The notes below the pieces were generated by a model, which was given only the letters and a program-made list of their open reading frames with translations, was not told where the DNA came from and searched no databases. Positions 1 through 11,272 of a stretch of 64,000 nucleotides of DNA are shown here, piece by piece. Every line of letters starts with the position of its first letter. Within the stretch, counting starts at the first letter, position 1. The stretch lies in the IMG/VR virus record IMGVR_UViG_3300050122_000263, positions 434,001 to 498,000 of that record. One strand, written 5' to 3'. The position numbers and the translations under genes are program-made.

Positions 1-1560
1 ACAGCAGTTGGTCTAATTGTAGCCTCTTCTTACGGCTACACTCCGGTGGCTACGGTGGATAAGATCACACCTCTGGATGATGGCTCTGTATCTATCGATG
101 ATCAGCTGGGTTTCAACCACAGATTTAAGAGCTTCCAGATGAAGATTGGGCTAGAAGGTGTGGTTATTCGTGTCTTCAAGCACGGAGGCAAGGTCTATCG
201 TGCAACACATCGCACTCTTAACCCAATTCACTCGCATTGGGGTCGATCAACCTATTTCCTGGATATGTACTGGCAACTGGGTGGTCCCAAGGATGAGGAT
301 CTGTTTGATGCGAGTGTTGATTACAGCCCTTGGTGCTATGTCTTTCTGGTTGTTCACCCGGATCTATTAGTCGGTACTAGACAGAAAGTTAGCAAAGGAT
401 ACATTGCCCTACTTACTATCAACAAGATGTGGGATCCTGTTAAGCTGAATGAAAATTACCCTACCACAGTTAACTGGAAGAATGTTGATCAAGGCCCTCA
501 TAAACAGATCAACTTTAACCCGGAGATGCCGGCCATTATTACGGAGCCTTTCATCTACGGGCCCCAGGCTCTTACCCTAGAGCAAGCCAATAACCATCTG
601 CGTAATGGTTATTACGCTGAGTTCCCAGTTAAGGATGAGCGAGCCCGTTCAGGCGAGTTCTTAGTACTTTACAACTTTAACGAGCAGGGCCAGGTAATCA
701 GTCTTCTCAAGGTGCAATCAGACAGTTACACCTGGCGTCTTGAGATGAGAGATGATAATCCCAATATACCTCATCGTTTCTCCCTACTTTGGAATTACGT
801 GCTTATGCCTATCCTGGACCGTCGCCGAGACACAGGATTTGCCGAACTTAAGAGGCGCTTCATCTCTTTCCCCTTGTACAACAAGGAAGCCATCAAACAG
901 CATCTAGAACGGGAAGGGCCCTTCATCACGCTGCAGGAGGCTCAGCTCGATCCCAAAGATCTGGAGACTCAGCAAGGGCGTCTACATCTTATCTGGATCA
1001 ACTTCATCTTCTCACTGCCCCCCAACCAGCAGATCAAGGCTATTAACTTGTTAGATGACTTCAACACTGGTCGTGAGGAGCTGATCCGCTGGGCTGTTGA
1101 GCTCAACGATAATTCCAATGTGACCGAGGATGAAGAAATATCTAGACGTGTGCGTGATATTATCACCTCAGCCCGTCGTGGCAAGGGACAGAGGGGACTA
1201 ACCCGAGAACAAGTAAGACAGAATATCCGAAATCTCATTTTGAAGGAACCAGGCCAAAGTCTCTATAAGATGGTGCGCGAAATGAAGCAAGACAAAGAAC
1301 CCAAACCGGTCGATTCAGCCTCAGTTGCAACACCACTCATTAGTTCAACCACCGCCCCTATTTCAGCATTTCCCATTCCAAGTTCTAATTTTACAACTAC
1401 TACCTCATCCCCCATTTTCTTGCCCACTTCTTCTGCTACAGCAACAACTTCTTCTCCGGTCCAAATCCTACCGACCGGTTTCATCCCAATAGCAGGCTTT
1501 ATTCCAACAAGTGTTCAAAGCACCAGTTTCCAACCCTCAGCCTTATCAGGCGGAGCATAA
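1..1560 (+). CDS. 5'-truncated iridovirus/marseillevirus-type conserved protein (IIV6 229L-like, RNA-ligase-like fold) with Ser/Thr/Pro-rich tail
   Basis: Frame +1 is open from base 1 (TAVGLIVASSYGYTP...), so the GTG at 46 is not the real start. Motifs GLIVASSYGYTP, LEGVVIRVFKHGGKVYRATHRTL and SHWG match the recalled family pattern. Confidence 0.55.
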   Translation, partial: TAVGLIVASSYGYTPVATVDKITPLDDGSVSIDDQLGFNHRFKSFQMKIGLEGVVIRVFKHGGKVYRATHRTLNPIHSHWGRSTYFLDMYWQLGGPKDEDLFDASVDYSPWCYVFLVVHPDLLVGTRQKVSKGYIALLTINKMWDPVKLNENYPTTVNWKNVDQGPHKQINFNPEMPAIITEPFIYGPQALTLEQANNHLRNGYYAEFPVKDERARSGEFLVLYNFNEQGQVISLLKVQSDSYTWRLEMRDDNPNIPHRFSLLWNYVLMPILDRRRDTGFAELKRRFISFPLYNKEAIKQHLEREGPFITLQEAQLDPKDLETQQGRLHLIWINFIFSLPPNQQIKAINLLDDFNTGREELIRWAVELNDNSNVTEDEEISRRVRDIITSARRGKGQRGLTREQVRQNIRNLILKEPGQSLYKMVREMKQDKEPKPVDSASVATPLISSTTAPISAFPIPSSNFTTTTSSPIFLPTSSATATTSSPVQILPTGFIPIAGFIPTSVQSTSFQPSALSGGA

Positions 1561-1577
1561 TGTGAGAGAGATTTAAA

Positions 1578-1603
1578 AAAGTTACCAGTTGACTGGTAAC
1601 TTT
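1578..1603. terminator. Intergenic hairpin (putative 3'-end/polyadenylation signal)
   Basis: aaagttaccagt-tg-actggtaacttt, 12-bp stem just after the stop at 1560. Confidence 0.7.
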
Positions 1604-1627
1604 AAGACATTGTCCAATAAGTAAAGA

Positions 1628-2161
1628 GTGATGGTGCATCAGACTCGAAGTATCCTTGTTATTAGCTCAGGGCTTTTGCTATTCTCAATAATCGCCGTTA
1701 TCCTTGAACTGGTACCAATAAGATCCGTCCTAGAGCAATGCAAGCGCTCGGATCAGAAGGATTTCTTTGATATGATAACAGCCTCAGCACTAATTCGTCT
1801 AGCTTTTTATATGATGTTATCTAGTTATACCCTTGTAATAGCGATTAAGGATTGGAGCATGGAAGAGCCATCAGCTGTATTAATTCGCTCTTGTTTGTGC
1901 TCAATTGTATTAGCCGCCATCGCCATGGTAGTTTCTGTGATAGTCTCTTTCATCAGCATAACCAAGGTGGCTGAGAATGATGGAGAGTGTTATATCAGAT
2001 TTATGCATATCTTCACTCAAGACATAGTGATTGAGGTAGTCTCAATCACTCTGACTATTATTGGGACTGGTATCATAATCCAACAGGTTGTTTCTATTAT
2101 CACCCAACCAGCAGAGATGCGCGAGATATCCATGGCTACAGAGATACAACAGTTACTCTAG
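1628..2161 (+). CDS. Multi-pass membrane protein, paralog of 63234..63878
   Basis: 177 aa with about 4 hydrophobic segments; ENDGECY here vs ENDDTCY in the paralog. Confidence 0.7.
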   Translation: MMVHQTRSILVISSGLLLFSIIAVILELVPIRSVLEQCKRSDQKDFFDMITASALIRLAFYMMLSSYTLVIAIKDWSMEEPSAVLIRSCLCSIVLAAIAMVVSVIVSFISITKVAENDGECYIRFMHIFTQDIVIEVVSITLTIIGTGIIIQQVVSIITQPAEMREISMATEIQQLL

Positions 2162-2174
2162 TATGCTTCAATGT

Positions 2175-2200
2175 AAAAATCCCTAATGCTAGGGATTTTT
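2175..2200. terminator. Bidirectional hairpin between convergent genes
   Basis: aaaaatcccta-atgc-tagggattttt. Confidence 0.75.
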
Positions 2201-2255
2201 TAACTTCAAGCCGTATACTCAATCTTCAGCCTTCTTGTCTCATTGCCTGAGATAA

Positions 2256-3794
2256 TCACTTCTTCTGCTCTGCAAATATGTTGGGATCAAATCCCTTGAC
2301 TGCTATGGATACGGTGCCCAGCCAAGTGATATCCTCGAAATCAGTGACTGCACCGATTGCATCATTGGGCAGCAATTTGCCAACTGCCCAGGTTGTAGTG
2401 CCTTCGTTCTGGAGAATGATGTTGCGATCGTTGGTTATGAACAGATCCCGACCTCTACGGAAACGTCTGACCTGCAACTTGAGACTAGCTGCAGGAAGCT
2501 TAGCTGCAGCGGGCGGCTCATCCACACAGCCAGGGGCATGTGTAGAGCGATATTCGTCGGGCATGATCTGAAAGCCATTCTTATAAGCGTACGACAGATC
2601 ACGCTTGCCAAGTGCTTTACATCTATCACCGTCTCGCTTAGCAATCACTGCCAGAATATTGGCCTCCTTATGCTCGACCACCAGCTGTTGTGTCTGTAAT
2701 ACGAACATATTGTCATCAGGTGAGAACATCTCAATAGCTAGATGCTTGGAGCTATGTTTGATGATACTCTCGGCTGGAGCATGTAGAGGCAGAAAATCTA
2801 ATCCCATGCCCTTGGCATCACTAATAGTTCCTAGGTCAAGAGGAAGAACCTCATCTTGATGTAGATAGCCGATAGCGGTGCGCTTGAAGCGGCCGACGTG
2901 AACAAGCAAATTGCTGTTGACCTCCTTGAAGAGGGCATGATCTGTATTATAGGGAACTAGTACAATGTCTTTCCCCTCTGTCTTAGCCTGAACACCGAGC
3001 GGAATGGTCTCAACGGTGCGAAGCTCATGCTCGATAATCACCGCCAGACAATTTGAGCAGATATAGCATGGGCCCTCCTCGAAGAGTGCTAGATAAGAGG
3101 CCGATTTGCCGCAGGGTACATTCTTGCTGTTGGATGAGAGATTCTTGACTGGGAAGCGGGCCTCCTCACGACCTTTCTTGTCATGTCTGACTGATGAGGG
3201 ATATGTGCAAAGACGCAGCTTGTTGAGCTCCCATTTGGGTGATTCGCTTTGCTTCTCGGCCTTTTCCGCCGTTTCGGTGTGGGTATTGCAATACATGAGA
3301 TGAGGAACGATTGGAAGATTGCAGTAGGTACCCACATATTGACCCAGGGTATAACTGTGAAAGCAGTGACCTGCGCCTTTCCATATACCGTTGTTTGTCA
3401 ACAGTGAGGCTGGCAATCCGGCCGGTAATGTGAATTGTGGTGGAGTTGAGGTAACTGTCTTGCTACCAATAGGCACAGGACCGTTTCTGACTGTCACCAT
3501 ATTAGCTTCACTGATAGCGGGTACTCCAGGTAATCCCATGCCGGCATGTTTCACACAATAGCATGTGCCTTCAACAGCTTGCCTTGAACATCTGACAGGT
3601 TCTTCTTCCGCCCTATGTTTTACCGCTTTGCACCAATATGGGCTGGTGGCGGGCTCCTTCTGTGCTGCTGCAATATTGATGTGTTCAAGGCAGAGGTATT
3701 TGTCCGCAAATTTGGTATCCGTACCGCAGCCACACTCGACCGATTTATCGGCGCTGGTCTTGACAATGAATTCACAGGTTCTTGTTTCGCTCAT
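2256..3794 (-). CDS. CCCH-type Zn-finger repeat protein with three C-terminal ~40-aa modules; tandem paralog of 4052..5590
   Basis: 512 aa; three C-x-C-x-C-x2-H fingers; WELNKLRLC shared with its neighbour. Confidence 0.8.
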   Translation of the reverse strand: MSETRTCEFIVKTSADKSVECGCGTDTKFADKYLCLEHINIAAAQKEPATSPYWCKAVKHRAEEEPVRCSRQAVEGTCYCVKHAGMGLPGVPAISEANMVTVRNGPVPIGSKTVTSTPPQFTLPAGLPASLLTNNGIWKGAGHCFHSYTLGQYVGTYCNLPIVPHLMYCNTHTETAEKAEKQSESPKWELNKLRLCTYPSSVRHDKKGREEARFPVKNLSSNSKNVPCGKSASYLALFEEGPCYICSNCLAVIIEHELRTVETIPLGVQAKTEGKDIVLVPYNTDHALFKEVNSNLLVHVGRFKRTAIGYLHQDEVLPLDLGTISDAKGMGLDFLPLHAPAESIIKHSSKHLAIEMFSPDDNMFVLQTQQLVVEHKEANILAVIAKRDGDRCKALGKRDLSYAYKNGFQIMPDEYRSTHAPGCVDEPPAAAKLPAASLKLQVRRFRRGRDLFITNDRNIILQNEGTTTWAVGKLLPNDAIGAVTDFEDITWLGTVSIAVKGFDPNIFAEQKK

Positions 3795-4012
3795 CTTGCT
3801 TCTCTTTGACTATGTGTAAGAAGGAGGGATGGTAATTCATATTTCCTTAACGTTCACTATTTCTGCCTGTTAAGAATAGATCTCACAATATAGACTATAT
3901 GTTTCTGGGCTGTTGTACTAAGTTCAAGCCTATTATGGCCTGTAATAACAGGCTGGCGACTTAGGTTGATATTCCAAAGTAGTTGGGTTAAAGGGCCTCT
4001 CTTATCAAAAAC

Positions 4013-4040
4013 ATGTTATAAAACACATGTTTTATAACAT
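4013..4040. terminator. Hairpin downstream of 4052..5590
   Basis: atgttataaaac-acat-gttttataacat, perfect 12-bp stem. Confidence 0.7.
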
Positions 4041-4051
4041 CTGCCACTATT

Positions 4052-5590
4052 CTACAACAGATCAGGGACGGGAGAGCGAGAATATGAGATTCTACGAGCC
4101 TTGAGCCAATCAAGGTCATCCTGATCTGTAATAGGTATTATTCCAGATACTGTCGTCTTGCCTACAGCGGCCCATTGTCCCGGGCGCTTAGTTGAACGCA
4201 AGATTATATCCCTGTCCAGCTCTCTATAGAAGCGAACATTTGTGACAGCAGAGAGCTCAATCGGTACATATGACATCTCAAGACCTGGATGGATGGTTAT
4301 GCCGGAGCTTGGCTTAGCTGTCTCAGCCTCCTGAGTTGAGGCTTGGGTTGAGGGTTGAGGCGGCATAATGATCAAGCCATGTTGGTAAGCGAAGCGTAGA
4401 TCATGGCTGTTTAAGGGCTCGCATTCTTCGGCATGATTTGCTTTACCCAGAACTTTGAGTATGCCCGGCTCACTGTGCTCAATAATGAGGCCTGACTGCA
4501 ACAGCACGAATTGGTCAGCTGCAGCATCAAACTCCCTGATTTCAAGGGAGGCCGCCTTATGTTGAACTAGACTTTGTTTCACTGTATCTGTAAGCACTCT
4601 GAAACCCTGCACACAAGCTACATCACGCTCAGCTTGGGTCAAGGGTACAATAGAGGCTTCCTCATCCACTTTTCCAATGACAACAGGATCATTCCTCATG
4701 AACACAATGAATCCTTCAGCTTCAGTCTGATACAAGAAGTTATGAGGATCAAAGGGGAGCAGTTTGAATTGTGGTGAGACAATCGATCTTCGCACTCCCA
4801 GGGGCAGAAGGGAGCCTGTATCGATATGCTTAGCACACTTGTTACAGAGATAAAAGTCGCCACAGTTCAACAGGGCTAAGAATGAGGCCGGTTTACCACA
4901 GAAGTGCTCTCCTACGATACCGCCTGCCGGACATCTGGTACAGAGTTTCAACTTGTTCAGCTCCCAGGGCACTTCTGGAACAGAATTTTCAGGAGGCTGG
5001 GGAGCAGGTATAGGGGAAGGAGGCGGTAGCAGCGAGGATGAGGTAGATGATACTCCCTTGCGCTTAAGCTTAGGGTCTTTAGTGATTGGGGTTGAGGCTG
5101 GAAAACAGATGGGTGAGCTGCAGTCTATCCGATGCGCTGGGCAGATATTTCCATCAATACACGGCAGACCACACTTTCCCTTAATGGTCTGGAAGCTACA
5201 ACGGAAGCCTTTAGGTAAATGCTTATCGCAAAAGTCGCCCTTAACAACAGGCTCTCCACACAGAGTGACACCATTCGTCTTTTGACAGACACGTTCTTGA
5301 CTTAGTATTCTTTGGCCATGCAGTTGATGCAGAGCGCAGTAGCCAAGTCTGGCGACAGGTTTGCTGCAGTAAGTTCCCCTGAACTGGCCTCTAACATAGA
5401 AGTGACGACATTCAGTGCTCTCAAGCAAACTCTCGGGAAGAAATGCTGACACAGCGTCTGTTATTTCAGGCGTCTTGGCACCGAGGTTACTATGGGAAGA
5501 ACAATATTCTGAGCCGGCTTCAGTCGGCATGCCACATTTAGTCTCAACAAAATAACCAGCTTCCATCAAGGCTTGACATTGTCTGCTCAT
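4052..5590 (-). CDS. CCCH-type Zn-finger repeat protein; tandem paralog of 2256..3794
   Basis: 512 aa; four CCCH fingers, WELNKLKLC, CGKPASFLAL vs CGKSASYLAL. Confidence 0.8.
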   Translation of the reverse strand: MSRQCQALMEAGYFVETKCGMPTEAGSEYCSSHSNLGAKTPEITDAVSAFLPESLLESTECRHFYVRGQFRGTYCSKPVARLGYCALHQLHGQRILSQERVCQKTNGVTLCGEPVVKGDFCDKHLPKGFRCSFQTIKGKCGLPCIDGNICPAHRIDCSSPICFPASTPITKDPKLKRKGVSSTSSSLLPPPSPIPAPQPPENSVPEVPWELNKLKLCTRCPAGGIVGEHFCGKPASFLALLNCGDFYLCNKCAKHIDTGSLLPLGVRRSIVSPQFKLLPFDPHNFLYQTEAEGFIVFMRNDPVVIGKVDEEASIVPLTQAERDVACVQGFRVLTDTVKQSLVQHKAASLEIREFDAAADQFVLLQSGLIIEHSEPGILKVLGKANHAEECEPLNSHDLRFAYQHGLIIMPPQPSTQASTQEAETAKPSSGITIHPGLEMSYVPIELSAVTNVRFYRELDRDIILRSTKRPGQWAAVGKTTVSGIIPITDQDDLDWLKARRISYSRSPVPDLL

Positions 5591-5824
5591 TTCTCCTGTT
5601 TTGTATGAGTGTTACTCTGAAGCACGGTAACAATTTTCTTTCTCATCCCCCTATTTTTGAGTCTTTTATCTGCTTATTTGGTGGCGGATATGATCTGGGA
5701 AATATACTAGGATTTCCCATCTTAAAGCCTCCTATCTGATGGGATGAGACAACTCATTCTCTTGCTCAATTTACTCCTCTATTAAGGGGTGAGTAATTAT
5801 ATTTAAGTTATCTCAACTCATTGA

Positions 5825-7633
<1,809 letters not shown>

Positions 7634-7742
7634 GGGCTATATAAATGTAGTCGCGGCTTCACAACTGTTGTAATAATTTCAAACATTCTCATCAATGTTC
7701 GAATTTCTCTGAATTTTTGCCTGAAATTATTCTATTAATAAA

Positions 7743-8234
7743 ATGGCTGCAGGTACACCTTATCTGGGAGAAGTGCGTCTATTCTCATTTAACTTTGCTC
7801 CTAGTGGATGGTTGGCTTGTGATGGACAGACTTTGCCCATCGTAACAAATACAGATCTCTTCGCGCTCATCGGTATCACTTATGGAGGAAATGGTACAAC
7901 CAACTTTGCCTTGCCAGATCTACGAGGTCGAGTTCCCATGCATATAAGCGCTACACATCCAATAGGACAGTCGGCTGGAGAAGAAACTCACACGCTCACT
8001 ATCCCTGAGATCCCCTCCCATACACATAATATCCCGGCAGGCGGTGCAGCTCATAGTGTCAATCCCTCCGATAATAGAGGGCAAACTCCGAATGCTGCTT
8101 ATTCGACCAGTGTATCTGGGACACAGCCAGTTACAGGGGCGACGGGAGGCAGCGGACCTCACAACAATTTACAACCTTATCTCGTCATGAATTGGTGCAT
8201 AGCAGTGCAGGGAGCTATTCCAACACCACCCTAA
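7743..8234 (+). CDS. Phage tail-collar domain protein (microcystin-dependent-protein-like)
   Basis: YLGEVRLFSFNFAPSGWLACDGQ...LFALIGITYGGNGTTNFALPDLRGRVPMH and C-terminal HNNLQPYLVMNWCIAVQG are canonical for the family. Confidence 0.92.
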   Translation: MAAGTPYLGEVRLFSFNFAPSGWLACDGQTLPIVTNTDLFALIGITYGGNGTTNFALPDLRGRVPMHISATHPIGQSAGEETHTLTIPEIPSHTHNIPAGGAAHSVNPSDNRGQTPNAAYSTSVSGTQPVTGATGGSGPHNNLQPYLVMNWCIAVQGAIPTPP

Positions 8235-8336
8235 TCTAGCCCTCAGCTAAAGGGACTTACTTTGAATTTAAAACTCAAACGTTCTCAATATTGTCACTCT
8301 GCCCCTAGAAGACTTGGACTACTAAGCTCAAACTTC

Positions 8337-8360
8337 AAGATTCCAGAATCCTGGAATCTT
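8337..8360. terminator. Hairpin between convergent genes
   Basis: aagattccag-aatc-ctggaatctt followed by a T run. Confidence 0.7.
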
Positions 8361-8362
8361 TT

Positions 8363-8842
8363 TTAAAGTTGTGAATTACAGACTATTGCCCGTATTCCTC
8401 GGCGATGAGCTTCAAGTACAGTGTCTTTGGTGCCCTTACTTGTCTCCCAAGTGTCTGTGAAAGCTACAACCAGGTTAGGCTTAGTGTCGAGCATCTGGCG
8501 ATTACGGATTGGTCCTGCTGCCTTGCCATACTGAGCCCAGTCTGCCTTGAAACTCTGATACGGTATATTTGTTTGCCAGCAGAAACGAGAGGCCAAAGTA
8601 TCTGCTCCTTTGCAGTCACCAGTGATCACCTTAGTCACCTTGAACTGGCGGACTAGCTCTGTCAGCTTTTGACTTATTACTTTGTAATTGGTGAAGTCGC
8701 GAGAGCCACAGACTAGAAGCACAAACTCAGGTTTGACATCATCATCCACAATCTCAAAAATCAACATGTTACTATTGATGCGAGGAAGAAGAGGTGTCGT
8801 GTTGAGAACTGTTTCACCATTCATCTTTGTTGGAACTTGCAT
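8363..8842 (-). CDS. YspA/DUF2493 SLOG-family protein
   Basis: LLVCGSRDF, ITGDCKGAD, ADWAQYGKAAGPIRNRQML, VVAF and SKGTKD motifs. Confidence 0.88.
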   Translation of the reverse strand: MQVPTKMNGETVLNTTPLLPRINSNMLIFEIVDDDVKPEFVLLVCGSRDFTNYKVISQKLTELVRQFKVTKVITGDCKGADTLASRFCWQTNIPYQSFKADWAQYGKAAGPIRNRQMLDTKPNLVVAFTDTWETSKGTKDTVLEAHRRGIRAIVCNSQL

Positions 8843-8927
8843 CTAGCGCGTTGGGTTGTGGGTTGTAATTATACCGATTGGAACAATTTAGATTTCTTTC
8901 TCACGGCTCAAAGAGCCATTAGCCAAG

Positions 8928-9788
8928 ATGGCCTGTGGCGCTGTCTCTCGCATCCCTCGGATAATCCATTTTATGTGGCTCGATAAGAAGGAATATGATA
9001 ATGAAGAACCAATGGTTCGCCAAGAACTTTATGGTAACTATATAGCCGGCTGGAAAGAGAAACATCCCGATTTCCGGTTTATATTTTGGAATCGCCGTAA
9101 GGTAGAGGACCTCTGGAGTCAGCCAGAATATGCACAGTGGCGGCCGCTCTATATGAAACTACAGCAGCATATAGAGAAATGTGATCTGACTCGATATATC
9201 ATTCTGCAGCACTATGGAGGAGTTTATATCGACCTAGACTTTCAATGTCACAAGCCCATTACTCCATTGTTACAGCGTCAAATCCTCATCACTTATGAGC
9301 CAACTGAACATGGGAGGGAATTGCTTTTCAACGGCTTCTTGGGCTCAGTGCCAAAACATTGGCTTTGGCCTGGATTCCTCAACTACATTCAACGCACTTA
9401 TAGCGGCATGGATATAGCGGTAGACAGCACAGGGCCTAGAGCTTTCGGGCGCTATGCTAAGGAGATTAACCTGGAGGGCTTTCATCCTGAGTATTACATA
9501 GACAATTGTTTGATTCTGCCCCTTGTTAATGCTAGTCATGCTAGCAATCTTGTATCCAAGCCCTGCACTGAAAAGTATGGTTCTGAAGCAGCAGCTATGC
9601 GGGAAGCATTTGCTCACACTAAGTGGTCCGAGGAGAGCTTCTGGGGACAGGGTAACAGTATAGGCAAACTGGTGAGCCATCAGAAGAATTACATAGCCAT
9701 CTTCCTGATTATCCTGTTGATTGCAATTGTTGCAATCATTGCCTGCTGGCACTATAATCGTTCTGCCAACAAACTTATGCCAGTTTAG
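8928..9788 (+). CDS. Glycosyltransferase family 32 (DXD, OCH1/Sur1-like) with C-terminal membrane anchor
   Basis: IPRIIHFMW, CDLTRYIILQHYGGVYIDLDF, STGP; hydrophobic IAIFLIILLIAIVAIIA near the C-terminus. Confidence 0.88.
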   Translation: MACGAVSRIPRIIHFMWLDKKEYDNEEPMVRQELYGNYIAGWKEKHPDFRFIFWNRRKVEDLWSQPEYAQWRPLYMKLQQHIEKCDLTRYIILQHYGGVYIDLDFQCHKPITPLLQRQILITYEPTEHGRELLFNGFLGSVPKHWLWPGFLNYIQRTYSGMDIAVDSTGPRAFGRYAKEINLEGFHPEYYIDNCLILPLVNASHASNLVSKPCTEKYGSEAAAMREAFAHTKWSEESFWGQGNSIGKLVSHQKNYIAIFLIILLIAIVAIIACWHYNRSANKLMPV

Positions 9789-9892
9789 ATGAGGGTGCTA
9801 GAGGAGGGTGCAGGAAGAAATGGACATATCTGTGTAGATATGTTTTTTATAACTTGTTGCTTATCAACGTTCTCCTCTAGCGCCCTCTTCTA
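9786..9892. mobile_element. Putative 107-bp MITE-like element: 21-bp terminal inverted repeats around an internal hairpin
   Basis: tagatgagggtgctagaggag (9786-9806) vs the reverse complement of 9872-9892, tagaagagggcgctagaggag (19/21 match); internal acatatct-gtgt-agatatgt at 9824-9843. Confidence 0.45.
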
Positions 9893-11077
9893 GCACTTGA
9901 CTTCGCGGAGCAAGTCTTCGCAGTTGTCAGGGTTACGCTTACGATCTTCTGAACGGGCAATGAAGGAGAGGCGAATTCCAGTGGCACCCAACAGAGGGGG
10001 GTGCAACAATAGTTTGGTGAATTCACGAGCTCCGAACAACGGATTGCCTGGGATAGAACTGCCCAGAACAGTGACATGAATTCTGACATCAAAGCCATTA
10101 GCGGTCACGTTACTGATGATGATCAACACTTGCTCCAACACAGCCGAGAATGGGAAGGGCGGTGAGTTGATGAAGATTCTTTCAGCACCATTATTCTCGA
10201 GAGAGGCCACAACGCTGGGCACATTCCTGAGGCGACGAGCAAAAGTCACATGGAAAGAGATGGTATAGATGGTGGTGTTAGGCAGGAGTTGGCTAACACC
10301 TTCAACAATAGCTTCATCGGCTACAGCATTGTGACCGCGAATTGTTTTGATATCAATCGCTGTGATAGGTGCTCCTACACCGGCTGACGTGAAACTCTGA
10401 ACTTCAAAAGTGCCGGATGTCTCAGCCGGCCTGATGAATTTGAGATCTTCATCACATTTCACGATCTCAACAATACAAGAATCCTCGTCCTTGCAGCCAT
10501 GCTTCCTGTCCTTTCCATGACGGCGATCTTGTTTACGGGGGTGGTTATCTGCGCACTTCTTCTTGGGCTCACGCACTTCCTTTTTCTTGGGTTCACGCGC
10601 CTCCTTTTTCTTGGGTTCACGCGCTTGCTTCTTGGATTCACATACCTGTTTCTTGGGTTCTGCCTCCTTCATGCAGCAAATCGGCTCCTGAACTTCCTTA
10701 GGTGCCTCCTCCTGAACGGGCACATCCTTAGGCACTTCCTTGGGTTCTTCAACCTCAATAGGCACATCCTTAGGCACTTCCTTGGGTTCTTCAACCTCAA
10801 TAGGCACTTCCTTGGTTTCTTGAACTTCCTTGGGCTCAGACTTCTTGGGCTTGGTTTCACGCACTTCCTTCTTGTGCGTCTGTTTCTTGGCCTTGGGCTC
10901 ACGCACTTCCTTCTTGTGGCTCTGCTTCTTGGCCTTAGTTTCATGCTTCTTATGGGATCCCTTGTGTGCACGCTTCTTGTGGTCGGTGGTGACCCGCTTA
11001 TGGGGGTGTTTCTTACCGTGACCGCTGGAGATTTTCTTGATCGGTCCCTCCATGTTTTGCGAGATGAAATTAAACAA
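9890..11077 (-). CDS. Lys/Glu-rich repeat (histone-H1-like) protein with a C-terminal H-type-lectin-like domain; real start probably the downstream ATG (MEGPIKK)
   Basis: KKEVREPK and EVPIEVEEPK repeats; C-terminal VTFARRLRNVPSVVASL...ISNVTANGFDVRI. Confidence 0.6.
   Translation of the reverse strand: MFNFISQNMEGPIKKISSGHGKKHPHKRVTTDHKKRAHKGSHKKHETKAKKQSHKKEVREPKAKKQTHKKEVRETKPKKSEPKEVQETKEVPIEVEEPKEVPKDVPIEVEEPKEVPKDVPVQEEAPKEVQEPICCMKEAEPKKQVCESKKQAREPKKKEAREPKKKEVREPKKKCADNHPRKQDRRHGKDRKHGCKDEDSCIVEIVKCDEDLKFIRPAETSGTFEVQSFTSAGVGAPITAIDIKTIRGHNAVADEAIVEGVSQLLPNTTIYTISFHVTFARRLRNVPSVVASLENNGAERIFINSPPFPFSAVLEQVLIIISNVTANGFDVRIHVTVLGSSIPGNPLFGAREFTKLLLHPPLLGATGIRLSFIARSEDRKRNPDNCEDLLREVKC
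10719..10802 (-). repeat. 42-bp exact tandem repeat (two copies plus a partial)
   Basis: ggcacatccttaggcacttccttgggttcttcaacctcaata at 10719 and 10761. Confidence 0.9.
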
Positions 11078-11223
11078 GAAAAGAATTTCTCTTAAAGTGT
11101 AGGCTGTGATTTCTGCCCACTATTGCTAGCTATTAATAAAGAGCCAAAACTCTGACTTAATCGATATAGTTGTAGTTGAAAATTACACGCCTGATACAGG
11201 GGTTAGTCTGGGTTGCGGACTTA

Positions 11224-11246
11224 ATATATCTTATCATAAGATATAT
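11224..11246. terminator. Hairpin downstream of 11273..12163
   Basis: atatatctta-tca-taagatatat. Confidence 0.65.
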
Positions 11247-11272
11247 CGATTGATTTCACAGTGGATGGGGAG

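Noticed and set aside
7679-8290. tcaaac(a/g)ttctca on both sides of the tail-collar gene as a possible target duplication
   Set aside because: Only 12/13 nt in AT-rich DNA, too short to distinguish from chance.
10499-11095. Leu/Phe-rich ORF resembling a membrane protein
   Set aside because: Antisense shadow of the Lys/Glu repeats in 9890..11077.
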